The translations under genes were made by a program, and so were the position numbers. 64,000 nt of DNA from Bacteroidota bacterium (GTDB taxonomy: Bacteria > Bacteroidota > Bacteroidia > AKYH767-A > OLB10): NCBI GenBank assembly GCA_947447155.1, contig CANFIN010000001.1, positions 2,371 to 66,370 on the forward strand, written 5' to 3'. Below the pieces are notes generated by a model. It saw only the letters and a program-made list of their open reading frames with translations. It was not told the origin of the DNA and searched no databases. Positions 57,402 through 64,000 of this stretch are shown here, piece by piece. The stretch's first letter is position 1. Each line of letters starts with the position of its first letter.

Positions 57402-57793
57402 ATAAGATTAAAAACAAAGAAGTGAATTCGTCTCCAGTGGTTGAGCAACCAAAAGAGAAGTCGACTTCTTTTAGTTTTTCAGTTGATAAGTTGATGAACA
57501 TTTTTAAGGTTTTTAATTACTTCAATCGTGATTTAGTTATTCGAAACATTCCGTTTGTTATCTATTTAACCTTTATCGCACTTTTTTATATCTGGAACTC
57601 ATATACGATTGATAAAACAGTTCGCGAAATTGATAAAACAGATAAAGAGTTGAAGGAGCTGCGCTCAGAATTTATTACAGGCAAGTCTGATTTGATGTAT
57701 AAGTGTAAGATGACCGAGGTTGCAAATAATATCGAAATGTACGGTGTGAAGGAAAGTAAAGAAGCTCCAAAGAAAATTTTAATTACAAAATAA
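57398..57793 (+). CDS. ftsL: FtsL-like cell-division protein
   Basis: 131 aa with a single TM helix (IPFVIYLTFIALFYIW) followed by a coiled-coil. Located between rsmH and ftsI, with an ATGA overlap with rsmH. Confidence 0.7.
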   Translation: MNKIKNKEVNSSPVVEQPKEKSTSFSFSVDKLMNIFKVFNYFNRDLVIRNIPFVIYLTFIALFYIWNSYTIDKTVREIDKTDKELKELRSEFITGKSDLMYKCKMTEVANNIEMYGVKESKEAPKKILITK

Positions 57794-57811
57794 TACTTGC
57801 TACCAAACAAA

Positions 57812-59893
57812 ATGGCAGGACAAAAAAAAGATATTTTATTAAGGGTAAACTTAGTTTTTCTAGGGTTTATATTATTTGGCTCATTCATTCTGTTTAGCAT
57901 TGGTAAAGTGCAAATAACAGAAGGAGAAATGTGGAGGAGTAAACAACAAGCATTGAATTTAAAATTTGTTGAGATAGATCCGATGCGTGGTAATATTTAT
58001 GCATGCGATGGTAGCTTATTAGCTACATCATTACCGAGATACGATGTGCATATTGATATTATGGCACCCGCAATTACAAACGCTGTGTTTAATGAAAAAC
58101 TAGATTCTTTATCGGATGCGCTAGCAAATTTGTTTACAGATAAAACGAAACTGGATTATAAGCAATTATTACGCGAAGCACGAAATGAGAAGAATAGATA
58201 TTTTTTAATAAAGAGAAATATAACATTCGAACAACGAAATAAGTTAATCAATTTTCCACTTTTTAATTTGAAGAAAAACAATGGTGCGTTAATTATTTCA
58301 CAATTAAGCAGAAGAGAAAAGCCATTTAAGGAATTGGCAAGTAGAACAGTTGGATTTAAAGTAAACGATAGTACGATTACCTCAGTAGGAATTGAAGGAG
58401 CTTATAACGACTATTTAAAAGGTATTCGAGGAAAGCGATTAATGCAACGAATTTCTTCATCCGTTTGGAAGCCTGTAAATAATGAAAATGAAATTGAGCC
58501 AAAGGATGGAAGTGATATAGTTACAACTATAGATATTAATATTCAAGATGTAGCAGAAAACGCATTGCTAGAAAATTTAGTAAAGAATAATGCTAAAATG
58601 GGTTGTGCGGTTTTAATGGAAGTTGCAACTGGCCAAGTAAAGGCAATTGCAAATCTTAAACAAAATGAGCAGGGTGTTTATGAAGAGTCATATAATGTTG
58701 CAATAGGTAATGCTACAGAACCAGGATCAACATTTAAATTGGCCTCATATATAGTAGCAATGGAGGATGGATTCTTAAATCCAGAAGATACTATTCCAAC
58801 TTATGGTGGACGAAGAAATTTCGGTACTGAAACAATTGAAGATTCGCATCCTGACGGAAAATTCTATAAATCAGTTAAAGATGCATTTGCTCATTCTTCT
58901 AATGTAGCAGTTGCTTCAGCAATTTATAAGTATTATCAAAAAAATCCACAGTCGTATATCAACGGAATCAAGAAGCTGCATATAGATGATAATCTCGCAA
59001 TTAAATTATCTGGTGCTACTTATAATTCAATAAAAAATACAGGTGATAAATCGTGGTCTGGTGTTTCGTTGCCATTTATTTCTATGGGATATGAAACATT
59101 GCTAACGCCAATTCAGATTTTAACATTTTATAATGCAGTTGCAAACAATGGTAAGATGGTTGCACCCATTTTTGTCAAAGAAATTAGAAATAAGAGTGAA
59201 GTTGTTCAAAAGTTCAGTCCTGTTATAATTGCCGATTCAATTTGTTCTCAGTCTACAATTAAAAAAGCAAAAATATTATTAGAAGAAGTTGTAAAAACCG
59301 GTACCGCAAAAGCGATAAAGAATAGTCAATATTCAATTGCAGGTAAAACTGGAACTGCGCAAATTGCTTCTATGAATGGATATGATAAAAAGACGTATCA
59401 GGCTTCTTTCTGCGGATATTTTCCTGCTGAAAATCCCAAATACTCATGTATAGTTGTTGTGTATGCTCCTAATAGCGGATTGATTTATGGATCGGAAGTG
59501 GCTTGTCCTGTATTCGCAGATATAGCTGCAAAAGTTTATTCATTGGACATAAAAATGCACAAGGAATTAAATAGGTATCCAGACTCACTTTTTGCAGGCT
59601 TCCCAATAATTAAATCTGGTCAGGCAAATCAGACTTCAAAGGTTATAAAGTCACTTTCTATACCGTATGATATACAGTCTAACGGTTGGGTAGATACGAA
59701 CTTAAAGAAAGTTGAAAATTCATCAAGCTTTGTACCCAATGTTGTTGGTATGGGACTAAGTGATGCAATTTATCTACTAGAATCTTTTGGTTTAATTGTT
59801 CAGCCAATTGGTAGAGGAAAGGTTTGTAAACAATCCATTAAAGCAGGAATAAAATTAGAAAAAGGTCAGAAAATAATTATTGAATTAAGTTAA
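57812..59893 (+). CDS. ftsI: Peptidoglycan D,D-transpeptidase FtsI (PBP3) with a C-terminal PASTA domain
   Basis: STFK, SSN and KTGT motifs. N-terminal TM helix. Last ~55 aa VPNVVGMGLSDAIYLLESFGL...KGQKIIIELS are PASTA-like. ATG 57812 is preferred over the TTG at 57797. Confidence 0.9.
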   Translation: MAGQKKDILLRVNLVFLGFILFGSFILFSIGKVQITEGEMWRSKQQALNLKFVEIDPMRGNIYACDGSLLATSLPRYDVHIDIMAPAITNAVFNEKLDSLSDALANLFTDKTKLDYKQLLREARNEKNRYFLIKRNITFEQRNKLINFPLFNLKKNNGALIISQLSRREKPFKELASRTVGFKVNDSTITSVGIEGAYNDYLKGIRGKRLMQRISSSVWKPVNNENEIEPKDGSDIVTTIDINIQDVAENALLENLVKNNAKMGCAVLMEVATGQVKAIANLKQNEQGVYEESYNVAIGNATEPGSTFKLASYIVAMEDGFLNPEDTIPTYGGRRNFGTETIEDSHPDGKFYKSVKDAFAHSSNVAVASAIYKYYQKNPQSYINGIKKLHIDDNLAIKLSGATYNSIKNTGDKSWSGVSLPFISMGYETLLTPIQILTFYNAVANNGKMVAPIFVKEIRNKSEVVQKFSPVIIADSICSQSTIKKAKILLEEVVKTGTAKAIKNSQYSIAGKTGTAQIASMNGYDKKTYQASFCGYFPAENPKYSCIVVVYAPNSGLIYGSEVACPVFADIAAKVYSLDIKMHKELNRYPDSLFAGFPIIKSGQANQTSKVIKSLSIPYDIQSNGWVDTNLKKVENSSSFVPNVVGMGLSDAIYLLESFGLIVQPIGRGKVCKQSIKAGIKLEKGQKIIIELS

Positions 59894-61350
59894 TGAAGCT
59901 GTTAAAAGAAATATTATACAAGACAAATATTGAGCAGGTGGCTGGGTCTACTTCTGTGAATATTTCTGATATCGCTTTTGATTCTAGAAAAGTAAGTGAG
60001 TGGTCATTATTTGTTGCTGTTCGAGGCGTTGTTGCCGATGGACATGATTTTATTTCTACTGCCATTGAAAAAGGTGCAATAGCAATTATTTGCGAAGAAA
60101 TGCCAGTAAATATTATTCCTACAATAACATATGTGAAAGTGAAAGACTCTTCGCATGCTTTAGCAATTGTGTGTAATAATTTTTATGACGACCCTAGTTC
60201 AAAATTAAAACTGATTGGTGTTACAGGTACTAATGGAAAAACAACTTCAGTTACATTATTGCATTCGCTTTTTACGCAATTAGGATTTAAGTGCGGAATG
60301 ATTAGTACTGTAAAAAATTTAATTGGAGAAATTACAATTCCATCTACTCATACCACCCCTGATCCATTACAATTAAATCAGCTTTTATCTACAATGGTGG
60401 AGGAGAACTGTGATTTTTGTTTTATGGAAGTTAGTTCCCATGCTGTTGTACAAAAAAGGATTGACGGTTTGACATTCTTTGGTGGAGTGTTTACTAATAT
60501 ATCAAGAGATCATCTTGATTATCATAAAACCTTCGATGAATACATAAAAGCAAAAAAAGGATTTTTTGATCGATTGCAAGAAAGCTCATTTGCTCTTGTA
60601 AATGCTGATGATCGTAACAGTCAAATTATGGTTCAAAATACTAAGGCAAGTGTTAGAACTTTTGCGCAAAAGAATGTTGCCGATTTTAAAGTAAAAATAT
60701 TAGAAAATAATTTTTCAGGCTTGTTGCTTAATATAGAAGGTAATGATGTATTATGTTCTTTGATTGGAAGTTTTAATGCAAGTAATTTATTGGGTGCGTA
60801 TGCGGTTGCAATGTTATGTAACCAAGACAAATTAAATGTTCTTACGGCTTTGAGTAACCTCCAGCCTCCAGCAGGAAGATTTGAATGTTTACAATCAGAA
60901 AATAATATTACCGGAATAGTTGATTATGCGCATACTCCTGACGCATTAGAAAATGTATTAAATACTATAAATAATATTCGCACAGGGAATGAGTCAATAA
61001 TAACAATTATTGGATGTGGTGGCGATAGAGATGCAGGCAAGCGTCCACAAATGGCGCAAATCGCATGTGAATTAAGTAACAAAGTAATTCTTACTTCTGA
61101 TAACCCAAGAAGTGAAAATCCGGAGGCTATTATTAAAGATATGCAAGCGGGTGTTCCTCCACAGCATTATAGAAAATCGCTTGCTATTTCAGATCGTCGT
61201 GAAGCAATTCGCACAGCTGTTGCGATAGCGCAACCTGGCGATATTATTTTGTTAGCAGGCAAAGGACATGAAAAATATCAAGAAATAAATGGTGTGAAAC
61301 ATCCATTTGATGATAAAGAAATTTTAAACGAAACATTTCAATCTTATTAG
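59893..61350 (+). CDS. murE: UDP-N-acetylmuramoyl-L-alanyl-D-glutamate--2,6-diaminopimelate ligase
   Basis: GVTGTNGKTT P-loop and DNPRSE motif (meso-DAP type). TAATG overlap with ftsI. Confidence 0.95.
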   Translation: MKLLKEILYKTNIEQVAGSTSVNISDIAFDSRKVSEWSLFVAVRGVVADGHDFISTAIEKGAIAIICEEMPVNIIPTITYVKVKDSSHALAIVCNNFYDDPSSKLKLIGVTGTNGKTTSVTLLHSLFTQLGFKCGMISTVKNLIGEITIPSTHTTPDPLQLNQLLSTMVEENCDFCFMEVSSHAVVQKRIDGLTFFGGVFTNISRDHLDYHKTFDEYIKAKKGFFDRLQESSFALVNADDRNSQIMVQNTKASVRTFAQKNVADFKVKILENNFSGLLLNIEGNDVLCSLIGSFNASNLLGAYAVAMLCNQDKLNVLTALSNLQPPAGRFECLQSENNITGIVDYAHTPDALENVLNTINNIRTGNESIITIIGCGGDRDAGKRPQMAQIACELSNKVILTSDNPRSENPEAIIKDMQAGVPPQHYRKSLAISDRREAIRTAVAIAQPGDIILLAGKGHEKYQEINGVKHPFDDKEILNETFQSY

Positions 61351-61353
61351 TTT

Positions 61354-62610
61354 ATGCTTTACTATTTGTTTGATTATTTAGATAGAGTTTATGATTTACC
61401 AGGAGCAGGCGTGTTCCGATATATTTCGTTTAGGTCTGCAATTGCACTTATAACATCTTTACTTATTACTCTTGTTTTTGGAAAACGAATCATAAATATA
61501 TTATTGAAACTTCAAGTAGGAGAAACAATTCGCGATTTAGGATTAGCAGGTCAAAATGAAAAGAAAGGCACTCCAACTATGGGTGGTGTAATTATTATAG
61601 CCGGGATATTGATTCCTACATTGTTGTTTACACGATTAAATAATGTTTATATCATTTTAATGATAATAAGTACTCTTTGGTTAGGTGCAATCGGATTTGT
61701 AGACGATTACATTAAAGTATTTAAAAAAGATAAGGAAGGCTTGCGTGCTAAATCAAAATTAATTGGTCAAGTTGGACTTGGAGTTTTTGTAGGATGTGTA
61801 TTGTATTTTAATAATAATGTTGTTGTAAAAGAAAAATTAAATAAGCATAAAATAGTAATTGAACAAAAGGGGAATATAATTGATGACATGAAAAGTAAAG
61901 AGGGATTTTTATTCTCTGGTCAAAACACAAAGTCAACAAAAACTACAATTCCTTTTTTTAAGAATAATGAATTTGATTACGCGGATTTAATTTCATGGTC
62001 AGGCGATAATAAAAAATATTTGTTGCCATTGCTATTTATCCTTATTGTAACATTTATTATCACTGCAGTTTCTAATGGATCAAATATCACTGATGGTATT
62101 GATGGGTTAGCAACTGGCACTTCTGCTATAGTTGGGGTTACACTTGCAGTTTTTGCGTATGTGTCAGGTAATGCAATATTCGCAAACTATTTGAACATAA
62201 TGTATATTCCGAACACCGGAGAGTTGATGGTGTTCATGAGCGCCTTTGTTGGAGCTTGTGTTGGTTTCTTGTGGTATAACTCATATCCTGCTCAAGTATT
62301 TATGGGCGATACAGGAAGCCTTGCGATCGGTGGCATAATCGCAGTTTTTTCTATTGCGGTAAGAAAAGAATTATTAATTCCAATTATCTGTGGAATCTTT
62401 TTAGTTGAAAATTTATCGGTAATGATCCAGGTGAGTTATTTTAAATATACAAAGAAAAAATACGGTGAAGGGAGAAGAGTTTTTAAAATGTCACCGCTCC
62501 ATCATCACTATCAAAAGTTAGGATATCACGAATCAAAAATTGTTACTCGATTTTGGATTATAGGAATAATGTTGGCTGTGCTGAGTATTGTTACATTGAA
62601 ATTAAGATAA
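61354..62610 (+). CDS. mraY: Phospho-N-acetylmuramoyl-pentapeptide transferase
   Basis: Ten-TM profile with [30 protein letters not shown] and PLHHH motifs. Confidence 0.95.
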   Translation: MLYYLFDYLDRVYDLPGAGVFRYISFRSAIALITSLLITLVFGKRIINILLKLQVGETIRDLGLAGQNEKKGTPTMGGVIIIAGILIPTLLFTRLNNVYIILMIISTLWLGAIGFVDDYIKVFKKDKEGLRAKSKLIGQVGLGVFVGCVLYFNNNVVVKEKLNKHKIVIEQKGNIIDDMKSKEGFLFSGQNTKSTKTTIPFFKNNEFDYADLISWSGDNKKYLLPLLFILIVTFIITAVSNGSNITDGIDGLATGTSAIVGVTLAVFAYVSGNAIFANYLNIMYIPNTGELMVFMSAFVGACVGFLWYNSYPAQVFMGDTGSLAIGGIIAVFSIAVRKELLIPIICGIFLVENLSVMIQVSYFKYTKKKYGEGRRVFKMSPLHHHYQKLGYHESKIVTRFWIIGIMLAVLSIVTLKLR

Positions 62611-63954
62611 ATGAATAGCGAAAAGAAAATAGTTGTATTGGGAGCTGCAGAAAGTGGAGTTGGCACAGCTATTCTTGCTCAAAAGCAGGGCTTTGATGTT
62701 TTTGTATCTGATTTTGGTAAGATATCAGATAAGTTTAAGAAAGAGCTAACGGATAGGAATATACCCTATGAGGAAGGTTGCCATACACAAGAAATAATAT
62801 TTAGTGCATCAGAAGTTGTAAAGAGTCCAGGGATTCCTGATAAGGTTGAGATTGTAAGTGGTATTAAGGAGCTTGATATACCTGTTATATCTGAAATTGA
62901 ATTTGCTTCAAGATTCACAAATGCAAAAATGATTTGCATAACTGGAACAAATGGTAAAACAACTACAACGCTATTAACCTATCATATTCTTCAAAAAGCA
63001 GGATTGAATGTTGGGTTAGCAGGGAATGTAGGAAAGAGTTTTGCTCGTCAAGTAGCTGAAGAAAATTTTGATTACTATGTTTTAGAGCTAAGTAGTTTTC
63101 AGTTAGATGGCTGTTATAATTTCAAAGCGGATGTCGCAATTCTGACCAATATTACTCCTGATCATCTTGATAGATATGATTACAATCTTCAAAATTATAT
63201 TGATTCAAAATTTAGAATAATACAAAATCAAGGACCCTCAGATGCATTTATTTATTGTGCAGATGATATACTTACAATGCAGGAGGTCATTAAAAGTGAA
63301 TTTAAAATGCAGTGCTTCCCATTCTCAATAAATCAGAAGAATGGAATGAATGCTTATATAGAAAATAATAACCTTATAATTCAAACCCATAACCAAACAC
63401 TAAACATGTCAATTCAAGAACTAGCATTACAAGGAAAACACAACTTGTATAATTCAATGGCGTCAGGTATCGCTTCAAGAATTTTAGAAATCAGAAAAGA
63501 AGTAGTAAGAGAAAGTTTTTCAGATTTCGAAAACATTGAGCACCGATTAGAATTTGTAAATTCAGTACATGGAATCGATTTTATTAATGATTCAAAAGCT
63601 ACTAATGTAAACTCAACATGGTATGCATTAGAAAGCTTACAGAGTCCAATAATATGGATTGCTGGTGGCGTTGATAAAGGAAACGATTATTCAATGCTAA
63701 CTGATTTGGTGCAAAATAGAGTGAAAGTTTTAATATGCTTAGGAACTGAGAATAAAAAGTTGATTAAAGCATTTAAAGAAATAGTTCCTGTTATTATTGA
63801 AACAGCTTCTGCTGATGAAGCAGTACAAGCTGCATATCGATTAGGTAAAAAAGGGGATACAGTATTGTTATCGCCTTGCTGTGCTTCGTTCGATTTGTTC
63901 GAAAATTATGAAGACCGTGGTCGTCAATTTAAGGCTGCTGTTCGTTCGTTATAA
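62611..63954 (+). CDS. murD: UDP-N-acetylmuramoylalanine--D-glutamate ligase
   Basis: ITGTNGKTTT P-loop, NDSKATN motif. The ATG abuts the mraY stop. Confidence 0.95.
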   Translation: MNSEKKIVVLGAAESGVGTAILAQKQGFDVFVSDFGKISDKFKKELTDRNIPYEEGCHTQEIIFSASEVVKSPGIPDKVEIVSGIKELDIPVISEIEFASRFTNAKMICITGTNGKTTTTLLTYHILQKAGLNVGLAGNVGKSFARQVAEENFDYYVLELSSFQLDGCYNFKADVAILTNITPDHLDRYDYNLQNYIDSKFRIIQNQGPSDAFIYCADDILTMQEVIKSEFKMQCFPFSINQKNGMNAYIENNNLIIQTHNQTLNMSIQELALQGKHNLYNSMASGIASRILEIRKEVVRESFSDFENIEHRLEFVNSVHGIDFINDSKATNVNSTWYALESLQSPIIWIAGGVDKGNDYSMLTDLVQNRVKVLICLGTENKKLIKAFKEIVPVIIETASADEAVQAAYRLGKKGDTVLLSPCCASFDLFENYEDRGRQFKAAVRSL

Positions 63955-63963
63955 TATTTTGTG

Positions 63964-64000
63964 ATGAACTGGATCCAGAATAATATTAAACTGAAGGGAG
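63964..64000 (+). CDS. ftsW: Probable start of FtsW (SEDS glycosyltransferase), 3'-truncated by the window edge
   Basis: Only 12 codons are visible (MNWIQNNIKLKG). Supported by the position after murD in dcw order and an N-terminal ...LKG(D) typical of Bacteroidota FtsW. Confidence 0.4.
   Translation, partial: MNWIQNNIKLKG

Overview
AT-rich, very densely packed chromosomal segment of a gliding Bacteroidota bacterium. Supporting signs are gldB and gldC, TAnnTTTG-type promoter boxes, almost no Shine-Dalgarno sequences, and many OMP genes. Most of the window is core housekeeping. Left part: a 5'-truncated SDR epimerase, polyprenyl synthase, front-end desaturase, MBL hydrolase, gldB, nadE, korAB, crcB, a SET-domain protein, mfd and gpmI. 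Middle part: a conserved envelope-biogenesis block with coaX, an OMP, lptC-like, a PpiD-like PPIase, murI, skp x2, bamA, uppS, two DUF6089-like OMPs, nadK, an Omp85-like gene, a CBS protein and pdxJ. Right part: serA, fbp, an atypical Ser/Thr-kinase-like gene, an M20 amidohydrolase, a 1096-aa propeller+barrel OMP, gldC, engB, and a two-gene N-acyl amino-acid (glycine-lipid type) lipid operon. The window ends with the start of the dcw cluster (mraZ-rsmH-ftsL-ftsI-murE-mraY-murD-ftsW'). There is one tRNA-Phe(GAA). I saw no rRNA, CRISPR array, transposase, integrase, phage genes or recognisable defence genes. The only accessory-looking stretch is ~19.0-28.4 kb. It holds an 1835-aa protein with ~18 PKD modules, a small secreted FN3-like protein, a divergent 485-aa helical protein, and an orphan histidine kinase and orphan receiver on either side. 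I could not demonstrate a discrete novel multigene system. The best candidates are ranked in the findings and rest largely on context and motif reading, not on searches.
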